Assembly: GCA_029238255.1 (NCBI GenBank)
Contig: JAQWGK010000046.1
Span: 32,708 to 96,707 of the forward strand
Origin: Porticoccaceae bacterium
GTDB taxonomy: Bacteria > Pseudomonadota > Gammaproteobacteria > Pseudomonadales > Porticoccaceae
Direction: 5' to 3'
DNA: 64,000 bases
Part shown: piece after piece, positions 46,762 to 57,159 of the stretch
Numbering within the stretch: the stretch's first letter is position 1
How the letters are laid out: every line of letters begins with the position of its first letter
Position numbers and translations under genes: made by a program
The notes under the pieces: generated by a model
The model's input: only the letters and a program-made list of their open reading frames with translations
Told to the model about the DNA's origin: nothing
The model's database searches: none

Positions 46762-49700
46762 TTAACGAATTTCACGCCATGGGGTTTGGCGGTTGCGACC
46801 GGAGTCTTCAAGAATGGATTCGACTTTACCTTTGGAGGTGGTGACATACTTTGATTCGGTGCGACCATCTGGATGATTGATAATGCCCGGGCGCGAAAGT
46901 ATGCCGGCGTTTTTGCGCTGAATACCTGAGCCATGGACATAGTTGTCTTCACCATCGCCGTCGATATCACCCACATTGATCATATCTGCACTGTTAAAGG
47001 TGCGGTCTTTATTAAAGTCAAAAACCGATTCATCGAGACGACCACCATTGAAGGCATCGACCTCCATTAACCAGCTAGTCCCCTCACCGGCACAGGGGTC
47101 ATTGGCCGGAGTAACGGTAACAAAGATAACTCGCCCATCTCGGAGTGTGGGTGCCTGATGCACTCGCTCGCCGGTCTCTGGCAGGTCTATATACCAACCG
47201 AGTTTTTCGGTTGCCTCGACGGGGCTGCTGCCGTTATCCCATTGAATCGGGGTTTTCGAAACAACTCGGGCACGTAAATCCGTTGATGCAGTGCTATGAG
47301 CCGTGACCGTCTGTTCCAGTAGCCGAGCGCGACTAAAACCATTTGTGTTGTTACCCTTACGATCCCAGATAGCATAGAAAGTCTGCTGACGGGTATCGGT
47401 TAAATCACTTTTACCCAGATATTTTCCGGTTCCGAAGTAGACTAAAAAACCTTCCGATGTGGGGTGATTTTTAACTTTTAGATTAGAGGTAATTGGCTGC
47501 GCCACACTAGAGACTTCTGCGCTAAACAATGGCTGCGGGTTGCTTGAGGAGCCATAGTGCGATGCCCATTGACCTGTATTACTGTCGGATATATCAAAGG
47601 CCCAAACATTACCAAATAGATCACCGGCATAGAGTCGGTCGGCAATAAAATCACCATTTTCATCCACAACACTGGTACCAATAATGCCATTGGGTCGAGA
47701 CAATCCTTCCGGGTCATCGGCACTGCCCTGCTTGGTATCCAGTTTCTTAATAAGAGCACCGGTCTGTGCATCGAGAATAAAGATCACCCCATTGCCTGTG
47801 CTGCTGGCGTTGCCATCGGATTCCGTCGAGTTTAGGCCATTGCCGACAATCACTCCCCACTTGCCATTGGCCAGACGCACCATTGAAGGTTTGGAAAAGC
47901 TGTAACCCAGATCAGCATCGTCACTGTCGGTAAATTCCCAACGTGAAATGGAGGCTGCATTGGCCTCAGTGAAAGCTGCGGGGTCGGTAATATCAAGGGC
48001 AAAATAACCCTGCCCGCCGGTTCCTAAACCAGAGACCAGCAGACTGTGCCAGGCACCGTTGTAATAGACATCATTTTCACTGATTGGCCCATCAACATAG
48101 TTGCGGTGGCTGTAGTCAGCTTTAGTGAGTTCCCATAAGTTGCTAAACAACGAGGCTGGTACATAGGCCAAACTCTCTCGGCCATTGACTGTTTTAAATC
48201 CATGCAACATACCGTTGTTGGAACCTACATAAACCATCGGATCACGATTTTTATAGGCGGTCTTAAAGGAGGCATAGCTTGCGCCTTCAGGAAAGTCAGT
48301 GGAGGAAAAATAGAATCGACCCGGTGGGCCAACATAGGTGGGGATGGATGAAATAATATCCCCTAGCACTGATTTTCGATTACGGAAAATACCGCCCTTA
48401 CCCTTGGCCACTTCCTGCCCTCTGGCACCGCGTAAATAGTTGAGACGCTTGCTACCCAAACTGTCCGATTGGTTTAAAGACGCGCGCTGGGCACCGCCTG
48501 ATTTCAGTGAAGCCCAACGAAATGGGATTGGATTATCGTCGTCGTTGCGGGTAATGATGATTCGATTATTAGGTCTGGTCTTACCCACTCTCTTACCCAA
48601 CTCGGGACAAAATCCTCCCGTTAAACCACAGGCCGCATCCCAGGCAGAGGGGCAGATATTACCCAGTGCCACTGGGCCACAGTTGGTGCCATCGGATATG
48701 GGTTGGGCAATAAGATTACCGGTCCAGTCATTGGTGGTAAAACGGGCGAAAAACAGTGCGGTATCAGAGGAGATTGTGCCGGAGTTAAGTGCAGCAGTAG
48801 CAAAAGAACCGGTTCGATCCAGTACGCTATTAATCACATCGGTAAAGGCGCTGACCAGCTGCTCGGGATTCTGTGCCGAGAGATACTCGCCCCGGGAATT
48901 GATCGATGCGTGCCAGAGATCATCAATTTTTGCCTGATCATTGCCACCACTGGCCGATGGCCAGCTCAGTGTCCCGTCTAACAGTTCATCGTAATCATTG
49001 GGAAAGTCGCGCTCACCGGAGACTCCCAAGCCGATCATAAAGTTGACCATATGCTGCCAGTTGGCCGGATCATTAATTGGGTTCCAGAAAATATCGTTGT
49101 TGTCGGTATCCCCATCACCATCTATATCCGTTGAGAGATCACTGACATTGACTGGCACATTATTTTCCGCCGAGGGACGCAGATCTTTAAACCAGTAGTT
49201 AAAGGCAATATCCCCAAGGTAGGTTGAGTTGCCGTCCCGATAAGGGGCTCTTGGGCTGTAGGTGGTTATGCCATAGTCGTTGGCGGGAATGGTCTGGGAG
49301 CTATTGTCGACGTTGCCAAAGCCAGAGGGTGAGCCGCTATTCCACTCACCGTCAGTCATCATAATATGGAAGTTCTGTCGGCAGGATCGTTCGGTTGAGG
49401 TGCCATCTGAAGGATCATCGCGATAGGGAGCCGTAGTTTCGAAATATTCACCGACTTTATCTAGCGCTTTCAACAATGGTGTACCGCCATTGGCAGGTAA
49501 ATTGTGCAGCCAGTCAAAAAAGTTATTTCTGCGCGTACCGGAAAATGTCTGTACTCCGGTCAGGGTGCTGTTGTTGATACGCTGATAACCCACCCGAATA
49601 TTGGAATTAAAACGCTCAAATGCCAGCGTCGCTGCAGTTTTGGTGACAAAGACACGTTTGCGATAGTAGGAGTACCAGTTGGCAAAGTTTTCCCGCTCAT

Positions 49701-50337
49701 CCACGGTATCGCCCGTACCGGATGTATCACTGACGACAATCTTTTTATAGCAGTCATCATCAGTGGTATTGCCATTACAGCCACTCAGACTGTCATCAAA
49801 GAGATAATAATAGGCCGCCTCTGAAGATGAAGTGGCATAGCGATTATAAAAACCATCGGAGTAGTTGGATGATCCACAGTGAGTCTGGTTAATACCACCC
49901 CAACTGGGTCTGTAGCTTGTGGAGAGATTTTTAGTACAGCTGCCGCTGCCACTTTTATTAAAACCATTGTCCCAAGCTGCAGTAAAAGAGGCGTTACCAA
50001 GACTGTTACCGTTCTCATCTACCGGCGGCTCATAGAGCACCGTAGGGTCGTAATAAATTTTATTGAAGGCGGCGGATTTTGCTCGCTTGGTTGAGGGGTA
50101 GTCACCAACACTGGTGGGCATAAATGACCAGGCCATACTGCCGGAATCATCCATGGTTAAAACAATATTCGGATCCACGCCCGCTAGAGTAAACAGTGGT
50201 GTATCACTTAAATCATGTTGAGCACTAGAAACCGACCCAGTAATAGCCATAATCGCTGTCACAAAAATTACTTTAGCGGCGGTCAAGTGCTGTTTAAAAG
50301 CTCTTCTGGCATATTCTCTGAAAAATTTTGTATTCAT
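46762..50337 (-). CDS. pilY1: Type IV pilus tip-associated adhesin/biogenesis factor PilY1, with an N-terminal vWA domain
   Basis: 1191 aa with a signal peptide. The MIDAS-type motif is VLTMDDSGSM, followed by MMTDGEW. The C-terminal region is beta-propeller-like and carries Asp-rich calcium-type loops (DIDGDGDTDNND, DIDGDGEDNY). Operon context supports the call. Confidence 0.8.
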   Translation of the reverse strand: MNTKFFREYARRAFKQHLTAAKVIFVTAIMAITGSVSSAQHDLSDTPLFTLAGVDPNIVLTMDDSGSMAWSFMPTSVGDYPSTKRAKSAAFNKIYYDPTVLYEPPVDENGNSLGNASFTAAWDNGFNKSGSGSCTKNLSTSYRPSWGGINQTHCGSSNYSDGFYNRYATSSSEAAYYYLFDDSLSGCNGNTTDDDCYKKIVVSDTSGTGDTVDERENFANWYSYYRKRVFVTKTAATLAFERFNSNIRVGYQRINNSTLTGVQTFSGTRRNNFFDWLHNLPANGGTPLLKALDKVGEYFETTAPYRDDPSDGTSTERSCRQNFHIMMTDGEWNSGSPSGFGNVDNSSQTIPANDYGITTYSPRAPYRDGNSTYLGDIAFNYWFKDLRPSAENNVPVNVSDLSTDIDGDGDTDNNDIFWNPINDPANWQHMVNFMIGLGVSGERDFPNDYDELLDGTLSWPSASGGNDQAKIDDLWHASINSRGEYLSAQNPEQLVSAFTDVINSVLDRTGSFATAALNSGTISSDTALFFARFTTNDWTGNLIAQPISDGTNCGPVALGNICPSAWDAACGLTGGFCPELGKRVGKTRPNNRIIITRNDDDNPIPFRWASLKSGGAQRASLNQSDSLGSKRLNYLRGARGQEVAKGKGGIFRNRKSVLGDIISSIPTYVGPPGRFYFSSTDFPEGASYASFKTAYKNRDPMVYVGSNNGMLHGFKTVNGRESLAYVPASLFSNLWELTKADYSHRNYVDGPISENDVYYNGAWHSLLVSGLGTGGQGYFALDITDPAAFTEANAASISRWEFTDSDDADLGYSFSKPSMVRLANGKWGVIVGNGLNSTESDGNASSTGNGVIFILDAQTGALIKKLDTKQGSADDPEGLSRPNGIIGTSVVDENGDFIADRLYAGDLFGNVWAFDISDSNTGQWASHYGSSSNPQPLFSAEVSSVAQPITSNLKVKNHPTSEGFLVYFGTGKYLGKSDLTDTRQQTFYAIWDRKGNNTNGFSRARLLEQTVTAHSTASTDLRARVVSKTPIQWDNGSSPVEATEKLGWYIDLPETGERVHQAPTLRDGRVIFVTVTPANDPCAGEGTSWLMEVDAFNGGRLDESVFDFNKDRTFNSADMINVGDIDGDGEDNYVHGSGIQRKNAGILSRPGIINHPDGRTESKYVTTSKGKVESILEDSGRNRQTPWREIR

Positions 50338-50349
50338 AACTTATATGCC

Positions 50350-50883
50350 TCAATTATTATGCTTTTCCAAGGTGGTTTGTAAGATTGAGCGCGCTCCCTC
50401 AGAACGCCCATTGCCCATCGCAGATACGCTGTAATAGAAAACCCCAGTCAGCTTAGCCAGGGTGTCCGGATCATTATCGGAGGGTTCAAAACCGGACTCT
50501 TCCATAACGTATCTCGGCATTGCATAGAGGTCGCCAAACAGGCTGGTGCTGTTACCTGAACTGCTTCCGTAGACCACACCATGGGTGGGCCAGTCAAAAG
50601 TCGAATTTGCCACGGCATTGGCGACGGAGCCTGTCTGCCAAATACCTGTGGAGCCATCACTACTGGCCTCGATTAAATCCGGCTGAAATAAAAACCACTG
50701 GGCGGCATCAGTCAGTGCTGATTCTGCCGCCTGAAAAGAGCGTGAGTGCTCCCAGTGATTGGAGGCCATGCGCTCTTCCATAGAGGTTCCGCGCATGGAT
50801 GAAATACCGATCATTGACAGCACCAGCATATAAATCATCACTGACACTAGCACTGCACCCTGTTGGTTCCGAGAAGTCATCAT
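50350..50883 (-). CDS. pilX: Minor pilin-like protein PilX
   Basis: The start at MMTSRNQQGAVLVSVMIYMLVLSMIG is preceded by GAGGTG, which overlaps the pilW stop. The hydrophobic N-terminus is typical of PilX. The longer ORF start at 51012 overlaps pilW. Confidence 0.65.
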   Translation of the reverse strand: MMTSRNQQGAVLVSVMIYMLVLSMIGISSMRGTSMEERMASNHWEHSRSFQAAESALTDAAQWFLFQPDLIEASSDGSTGIWQTGSVANAVANSTFDWPTHGVVYGSSSGNSTSLFGDLYAMPRYVMEESGFEPSDNDPDTLAKLTGVFYYSVSAMGNGRSEGARSILQTTLEKHNN

Positions 50884-50890
50884 CTTCACC

Positions 50891-51886
50891 TCAATTAATC
50901 CTGTTGCGCATTGCGGCATAAGTCCAAAATGCCTTGCGTACTCTTGTGTCATCGCCGGCATTAGCCTCGCCACCATTAAAGGTGAAGGATCTGGACTCTG
51001 TGGCGACACCATTGTCGGAGCGCATTAGCAGTCCGACACGAACCCCTATTACCGCTTCCCAATCGACAACAGCAGCGGCATTCACATAGACATCCGGCTC
51101 TTGATCGTCATTGCTATCCTCCGCCAAAAGCAGCTGCATACTTTCAATGCCCTCAGCCATTAATGTTGCAGTGTTCGAGTTAAAGGAATGCTGATAGAGA
51201 CCCGGTTCGCCATTGGCACCAGTGGCAATAAAGTAACTGTGAGCATCAAAAGACATTATCTGTGCATCGTCCTGATAGGGCTTCGACAGGCGGTTATCGG
51301 TGTTTACATTATTGGCATGGGCAATGGTCACAGTAGAACCATCGGAGACTGATGAGGCACGAAAGAGATCGGCATTGGAACAGTCTGAAATCAATATTAG
51401 ATCATTGGCCACTAGCCCATCTGGATTGCCGCCAACTTGAATATTGGCATTATCAGTGGCCATATTTCCTGTTAACTGAGCCCCACTGCCACGGGTTGAT
51501 TGCAGTGTTATAACATCGGTGCCTGCAACTCTGGTCAATGTGGTTGGGTTGGTCCAGCCACTGCCATTTTCATACACGGTTAAACTGTCGGTAAGATTCT
51601 CAAAAGCCGGTGGCGAATTGGCGATAATATTGGGAGTAATTTCTTTGATACTTCGACAACCGGCAAAACCCGCCATACGAATATCATAGAGCAGTGCATC
51701 CGTAGCGTAGCGACCATTTTCCTGAACTCGCGAGAGCTGCTCATTGACCGTGAACATAATCTTACTGTTGCTGTACACATAGACCATGCCGCCTAGCAGA
51801 ATAAATTGGATAGCCATCGCCACCAGTAATTCAACCAGACTTAAACCGGCCTGCCGGCTATTTGGAAAACCTGCAGAGACTTTCAT
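50891..51886 (-). CDS. pilW: Minor pilin PilW
   Basis: Prepilin-type N-terminus SRQAGLSLVELLVAMAIQFILLGG. Size and operon position fit PilW. ATGA overlap with pilV. Confidence 0.7.
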   Translation of the reverse strand: MKVSAGFPNSRQAGLSLVELLVAMAIQFILLGGMVYVYSNSKIMFTVNEQLSRVQENGRYATDALLYDIRMAGFAGCRSIKEITPNIIANSPPAFENLTDSLTVYENGSGWTNPTTLTRVAGTDVITLQSTRGSGAQLTGNMATDNANIQVGGNPDGLVANDLILISDCSNADLFRASSVSDGSTVTIAHANNVNTDNRLSKPYQDDAQIMSFDAHSYFIATGANGEPGLYQHSFNSNTATLMAEGIESMQLLLAEDSNDDQEPDVYVNAAAVVDWEAVIGVRVGLLMRSDNGVATESRSFTFNGGEANAGDDTRVRKAFWTYAAMRNRIN

Positions 51887-52347
51887 TATTGAAGCCTCAC
51901 AACAAGACTAAACTGCTGCGTCGATGAACCGCTTAACCCTCGGCTGTCATCCCATTGCACAGTTAAATTGCAAATACGGGTCGCCTGCACACAGCCGACA
52001 GATCCGATTCCCGAAGGTAATCCGGCAGCTAGATCCGTGCGCCACTGAGTGAGATCGGCAACTTCCAGTCCACCGCTGGTTGGCGGGGTCTGGACTAATG
52101 TCAGATTGTAGTTTCCAGCCAACGCTGATGTCGGGTTAGCCCGCAACTGATCTATAAGTGCACTGGAGATAATCGCAGCCTGACTGCGGAAGTAAGAGCT
52201 GTGATTATTGGAAACGGCGGTCAATTGCATTTTCATTACACTGAACAGGCCGATCACTGAGACCAAAATGGCGATCAATACCTCGATCATGCTGACGCCC
52301 CTCTGACGGGATACGCGACTGCGTCTGGTCGTTTTCATCAACTGCAA
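51886..52347 (-). CDS. pilV: Minor pilin PilV
   Basis: Prepilin-type N-terminus RQRGVSMIEVLIAILVSVIGL. Operon position supports the call. Confidence 0.7.
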   Translation of the reverse strand: MQLMKTTRRSRVSRQRGVSMIEVLIAILVSVIGLFSVMKMQLTAVSNNHSSYFRSQAAIISSALIDQLRANPTSALAGNYNLTLVQTPPTSGGLEVADLTQWRTDLAAGLPSGIGSVGCVQATRICNLTVQWDDSRGLSGSSTQQFSLVVRLQ

Positions 52348-52868
52348 TCTCCGTGGTTAACGGCTGAACGCCCGTTGGGCTGAATGGAAATAACTCGCGA
52401 GTCAATGGTGTCGCAGTCTCCCGGTTCGAGAGTAAAGATAAACGACGCATTGCCGGGAGAGAGAGAGCCTCTCGAATTAAAGGCAATATAGGTATCAGTG
52501 GGAGAATTGGTTGCCGCCAAAGCCAGAGAGCCCTCACCTTCCAGAGCATCCCACTGCATTAAAATATCTTCTGAATCGTCATAATCTGCATCATTATTGG
52601 TGTCGGCAATAACTCTCCAACCAGAGTTCCAGTCGCTGCCACCAATGGAGACAACGCGAACTTCAGTACCGCGTTTAATCGCCTCGCTGCGTGCCATATG
52701 AAAGCTGTAGACCAGATCATTGGCCTGTGAAGTAATACGATTATTGTCGATAAAATTAACGAATGAAGGTAATCCAATGCCGAGCAGAATTGCCACAATG
52801 GAGATGGTGATTAATAATTCAATTAAGGTGAAGCCTTTGCAGACTCTCTGTTTGAAACGTACGTCCAT
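52338..52868 (-). CDS. fimU: GspH/FimT/FimU-family minor pilin
   Basis: Start at MDVRFKQRVCKG|FTLIELLITISIVAILLGIGLPSF. It is the first gene of the minor pilin operon. Confidence 0.65.
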   Translation of the reverse strand: MDVRFKQRVCKGFTLIELLITISIVAILLGIGLPSFVNFIDNNRITSQANDLVYSFHMARSEAIKRGTEVRVVSIGGSDWNSGWRVIADTNNDADYDDSEDILMQWDALEGEGSLALAATNSPTDTYIAFNSRGSLSPGNASFIFTLEPGDCDTIDSRVISIQPNGRSAVNHGDCS

Positions 52869-53149
52869 TTTGCAACCCAACATCCAATGTATATGCAGCG
52901 CTAAACACTTTTAAAAAATCCCACGGCTGTAAGAAAAACCCTGCATATAACTCTTCATTAACTCTACATACAATCCTGAGATGAAATCTGGAAGAATATT
53001 AGCAACTGTGTGGGTTTTCATGCGTGATGTTATTCACAACTTTTTTTGTTTTAGCGTTGTTTTTCTCAGTATAGATCATCACTACTGATGTTATTGAACG
53101 ATCCCCTGAATGGGAGGTTGGCGATTTGAAAGATTAGGCATTACCTGAG

Positions 53150-53178
53150 AAGCCACAGAGATCTACTGTGGCTTTTGC
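53150..53178. terminator. Hairpin downstream of the AI-2E transporter gene
   Basis: AAGCCACAG-AGATCTA-CTGTGGCTT has a 9-bp stem. A short T-run follows on the plus strand only, so its function as a terminator is uncertain. Confidence 0.3.
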
Positions 53179-53214
53179 ACACTACTTTGGGGCTTTAACT
53201 TTTTTATAAAGCTT

Positions 53215-54282
53215 TTAGTTATCAGATTCCGAGCTATCAGCTTCTGTATTAGCCGGTTCTAGCGCCGTTCCGGAACCCAAAAGCACACCAATCCAGCGTG
53301 TCTCTTCCTGATTCTCCAGTGCGATCTTGATCATAATCGTCAGCGGGATCGACAGCAGCATACCCACTGGACCCAACACCCAACCCCAGAGCACCAGAGA
53401 GACAAACACAACCAGTGGCGAGAGATTTAAACCTTTACCCATCCAGCGCGGCTCAAGCATATTGCCCATCACCAAATTGACCACCACAAAGCCGCCAAGG
53501 GTTAAGCCTGCAGAAAAAAGTCCAAGCTGAACAGCGGCCAATAAAACCGCAGGCACTGCAGCGATAAATGAACCCACTGTAGGCACAAAGTTAAGTAAAA
53601 AGGCCACCAGCCCCCAGAGTATGGCGTAATCGACACCCAGAATGGTCAGCCAGACAAAGATCAGCAGTCCGGTCAGCAAGCTAATGGCGGTTTTAATCGC
53701 CAGGTAACTATGCACGCTTTCGGAAAATTTGTTCAACCATTCCTGAGAGACATCTGCGCCCCGAGCCAATCTAAGTTTTTCCCCAAAGCCCATATTTTCT
53801 GCAAGGATAAATATCACTGTCAGCAGAATCATTACCGCGTTAGTCATCACATTGCCAAAGGATGCCAGCGTGCTTCCCGCAAATGACATCACGACACTGG
53901 GGTCAAAACTGTTCTGCCAGAGCTGTTGGTCGATAACAATACCGCGCAGACTCAGCCACTGCTGAACCCCCTCGCTCATAGCCGTCAGTTTGGCGGAATA
54001 AACTGGAATATCCTGACGGAAATTATCCACTGAAGAGCCAACAACTGCAGTTAATAACAAGCCTACCAGCAGAATCAATATCACGATCAGCAGAATAGCG
54101 AAGCCGCCGGGAATACCGCGCTGTTTAAGCCATCCGAGTATCGGCGAGACTATCATGGCGATAAATACTGCCAGTAAAAACGGAACCAATAGAGCTCCGG
54201 CCATTTTCAGGCCTGAGACTACCACCACAAAGGCAGCGGCAATAACCAAAAATCTGGCGATCGGTGATGTCTTTTCAATCAT
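53215..54282 (-). CDS. AI-2E family transporter (PerM/UPF0118)
   Basis: 355 aa, polytopic. It shows the pattern typical of this family (FLLNFVPTVGSFIAAVP, LSPLVVFVSLVLWGWVLGPVGMLLSIPLT). Confidence 0.75.
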   Translation of the reverse strand: MIEKTSPIARFLVIAAAFVVVVSGLKMAGALLVPFLLAVFIAMIVSPILGWLKQRGIPGGFAILLIVILILLVGLLLTAVVGSSVDNFRQDIPVYSAKLTAMSEGVQQWLSLRGIVIDQQLWQNSFDPSVVMSFAGSTLASFGNVMTNAVMILLTVIFILAENMGFGEKLRLARGADVSQEWLNKFSESVHSYLAIKTAISLLTGLLIFVWLTILGVDYAILWGLVAFLLNFVPTVGSFIAAVPAVLLAAVQLGLFSAGLTLGGFVVVNLVMGNMLEPRWMGKGLNLSPLVVFVSLVLWGWVLGPVGMLLSIPLTIMIKIALENQEETRWIGVLLGSGTALEPANTEADSSESDN

Positions 54283-54307
54283 GGTGCTGCTCCGGTTTTG
54301 GCAAAAC

Positions 54308-54649
54308 TTACCTATTTAGAATTTGTTTATTGAGACTTTGCAGTTGCTGTTCCAGCTGCGCCCGACCTGTGTCAGAAAAAACAACCAATCCGCGCTGAAC
54401 TGTCATCTCGGTGAGCGCTAACATAGCACATTGAACGCGAATGTCATCCAGTATGGGATTATGGTGAATTGGCATACCAATAAACACATCCCAGTCAGCC
54501 TCAGTGGCCGTTTGATTGAGCACTGATTCAAGGAGTGTTTTTACATTGATTGCTTCGATTCGATAGACAGGCAGCCCGACATAGCGAAACACTAGCAGCG
54601 CCACCAGAATAAGTGCAAATGAGAGTCCAACGGTAATAATAAAATCCAT
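54308..54649 (-). CDS. Hypothetical membrane-anchored protein
   Basis: 113-aa ORF with an N-terminal TM helix and same-strand neighbours. No recognisable motif. Confidence 0.4.
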   Translation of the reverse strand: MDFIITVGLSFALILVALLVFRYVGLPVYRIEAINVKTLLESVLNQTATEADWDVFIGMPIHHNPILDDIRVQCAMLALTEMTVQRGLVVFSDTGRAQLEQQLQSLNKQILNR

Positions 54650-54671
54650 GTTTTTGCCTATGGAACATTAT

Positions 54672-55292
54672 TTAAAATTGATCTGGATGCTTTCCCTTGA
54701 ACTGACCGTAGTACTCAATAATGGCCGCAATATCAGCTTCATTATCACCGGTGGGTTCAAATACATCACCCAGCACAATACGTTTATTGGGAAAATCCAA
54801 TGCGCCGAGCTGGATTTTGCAGTTATTCTTTTCAGCAATACGCAAAAATCCAGTTTTCCATTTCGGTGATTTCTTTCGGGTTCCTTCTGGGGCTACCACT
54901 ATAACCACGCCATTATCTTTTTTAACCGCTTCATCCACGAAGCCCATCACTGCATCGGGCTTTTCGCGGTTGACCGGAATGCCACCTAGCCAGCGCATAA
55001 ACCAGGTGACACCGGGCTTAAAAATACTGTGCTTGCCAAGCCAGCGAACTCGAGCATTGATCCCTAAAACAGCCGCGATACCAAAAACAAAATCCCAGTT
55101 AGAGGTGTGCGGCGCAGCAACAATTAATACCCGTTCCGAGTTGACTATATTGCCTTCCAGATTCCAGCCGATTGAGCGATAAAAGGTTCTGCCTAACCAG
55201 CGAGTAAAACGACTACGATTGGTGCGCAAATGCTCAGGACATTGCTCCTGCGAGATAGTAGTTACCTTTCTGCTTACACCTGTGTCACTCAT
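54672..55292 (-). CDS. Lysophospholipid (1-acyl-sn-glycerol-3-phosphate) acyltransferase family protein
   Basis: The HX4D motif (APHTSNWD) and the VAPEGTR motif are present. Confidence 0.7.
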   Translation of the reverse strand: MSDTGVSRKVTTISQEQCPEHLRTNRSRFTRWLGRTFYRSIGWNLEGNIVNSERVLIVAAPHTSNWDFVFGIAAVLGINARVRWLGKHSIFKPGVTWFMRWLGGIPVNREKPDAVMGFVDEAVKKDNGVVIVVAPEGTRKKSPKWKTGFLRIAEKNNCKIQLGALDFPNKRIVLGDVFEPTGDNEADIAAIIEYYGQFKGKHPDQF

Positions 55293-55341
55293 AGCTGGCC
55301 TCTATATTTATTCTTATTATTTTATCTACAGCTGACTGTAA

Positions 55342-56913
55342 TTAATGCTCTCGCGTCGAGCGAAATGCAATATCCGGATAGCGCTCTTCGGTAAGGGATA
55401 AATTTACTCGAGTCGGCGCCAGATAGGTTAAATGTCCACCCCCGTCGACTGCCAAATTATCCTGAGTCTTATTTTTAAATGACTCCAGCTGTTTGCTGTC
55501 ATCAGATTCAGTCCAGCGGGCCGAATGCACATTAACCGGTTCGTAGATTGCCTCTACACCGTACTCTTCTTTGAGGCGATAGGCGACAACATCAAACTGC
55601 AACTGACCCACAGCGCCAACAATAACGTCATTGTTGCGGAACGGGAAAAAGACCTGAGTACTGCCCTCTTCCGATAACTGACGAATACCATTATGCAACT
55701 GCTTGGCCTTGAGCGGATCGCTTAAACGAATTCGCTTAAACAGTTCTGGAGCAAAGTGCGGAATACCGCTGAATTTTAGATCTTCACCCTCGGTAAAAGC
55801 ATCGCCAATCTGAATTGAACCATGGTTGTGCAGACCGATAATATCCCCCGCCTGCGCCTCTTCGAGAGAGATACGTTCACCCGCTTTAAAACTGAAGGCA
55901 TCGGCAATACGCACAGACTTGCCGGTGCGTACATGCTTCATCTTCATACCCTTGGTGTATTTTCCTGAGCAGATACGCAAGAAAGCAATCCGATCGCGGT
56001 GCTTGGGATCCATATTGGCCTGAATCTTAAATACAAACCCGCTGAATTTTTTCTCATCGGCAACCACTTCGCGCTCTTTGGTAGCTCGCGGCTGGGGCGG
56101 TGGTGCCCAGCGCACAAAATCATCGAGCATTTCGCGGACACCGAAGTTGCCCATAGCGGTACCAAAGAATACCGGAGCCAGATGGCCGGCTAACAATTCA
56201 TCCATATCAAATTGATGAGTCGCGCCTTTAACCAGTTCCAGTTCTTCGAGTACATCATCGGCATAATCACCGAGAGCCTCATAGGCTTCAGGAGAGTCCA
56301 GACCTTTAATCTGGATATCATCCGACAGGGTGTGGCCCTTACCCTGAGTGTAGACATGAATGGTATCTGTATAGAGGTTGTAGACACCACGGAAACCACG
56401 GCCCATACCTATAGGCCAATTAATCGGCGCCGCTTTAATTTTTAGTACGCTTTCAATCTCGTCCAACAGCTCAATCGGATCACGAATCTCGCGATCCATC
56501 TTATTAACAAAGGCAAAGATTGGCGTGTCACGGAGACGACAGACATCCATCAACTTAATAGTGCGATCTTCCACACCTTTGGCGCCGTCGATCACCATCA
56601 ACGATGAATCCACCGCGGTCAGTGTACGATAGGTATCCTCAGAGAAATCTTCGTGACCGGGAGTATCGAGCAGATTAACCATACAGTCGCGATAGGGAAA
56701 CTGCATCACCGATGAAGTCACCGAGATACCCCGTTCTTTTTCCATCGACATCCAGTCGGAGGTCGCATGGCGATCGCTTTTGCGACCCTTTACGGTACCC
56801 GCCACCTGAATCAGGTTGCCGAGCAGCAATAGTTTTTCGGTGATGGTGGTCTTACCCGCATCCGGGTGCGAGATAATAGCGAAGGTGCGGCGATCTGAAG
56901 CTGAGTCGGTCAT
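55342..56913 (-). CDS. prfC: Peptide chain release factor 3
   Basis: GTPase motifs ([27 protein letters not shown]). Length and overall pattern match RF3. Confidence 0.9.
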   Translation of the reverse strand: MTDSASDRRTFAIISHPDAGKTTITEKLLLLGNLIQVAGTVKGRKSDRHATSDWMSMEKERGISVTSSVMQFPYRDCMVNLLDTPGHEDFSEDTYRTLTAVDSSLMVIDGAKGVEDRTIKLMDVCRLRDTPIFAFVNKMDREIRDPIELLDEIESVLKIKAAPINWPIGMGRGFRGVYNLYTDTIHVYTQGKGHTLSDDIQIKGLDSPEAYEALGDYADDVLEELELVKGATHQFDMDELLAGHLAPVFFGTAMGNFGVREMLDDFVRWAPPPQPRATKEREVVADEKKFSGFVFKIQANMDPKHRDRIAFLRICSGKYTKGMKMKHVRTGKSVRIADAFSFKAGERISLEEAQAGDIIGLHNHGSIQIGDAFTEGEDLKFSGIPHFAPELFKRIRLSDPLKAKQLHNGIRQLSEEGSTQVFFPFRNNDVIVGAVGQLQFDVVAYRLKEEYGVEAIYEPVNVHSARWTESDDSKQLESFKNKTQDNLAVDGGGHLTYLAPTRVNLSLTEERYPDIAFRSTREH

Positions 56914-57159
56914 TGGGTTTTCTGGTTACCAGTACACTGTCTATAAAAGGCGGGCATTATAGCGCTGAAGAGATTGGGGGTCAGCTTTTAAAAACTGATC
57001 ACCAAAACCAATTTAATCCTGCCCACTAAATCCAGCCGCATCTCTACCACGTAAACTTGCGTTAACAATTACTCGATAATATTTGGCGATCGGCGACTCT
57101 TGCAGTATGGTTTCCGCACATCGCATCAACCGAACACTAAAAGCGCATTGGGAGCACAG

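Noticed and set aside
45899-46976. ORFs 45899-46192 and 46746-46976, which overlap pilE, pilY1 and neighbouring genes
   Set aside because: They are out-of-frame overlaps with well-supported pilin/PilY1 genes and have no independent motifs.
44649-53214. Integrated prophage or large genomic island at tRNA-Phe
   Set aside because: No integrase, phage or conjugation genes are present. Apart from the single AT-rich gene, the region is a standard minor-pilin operon.
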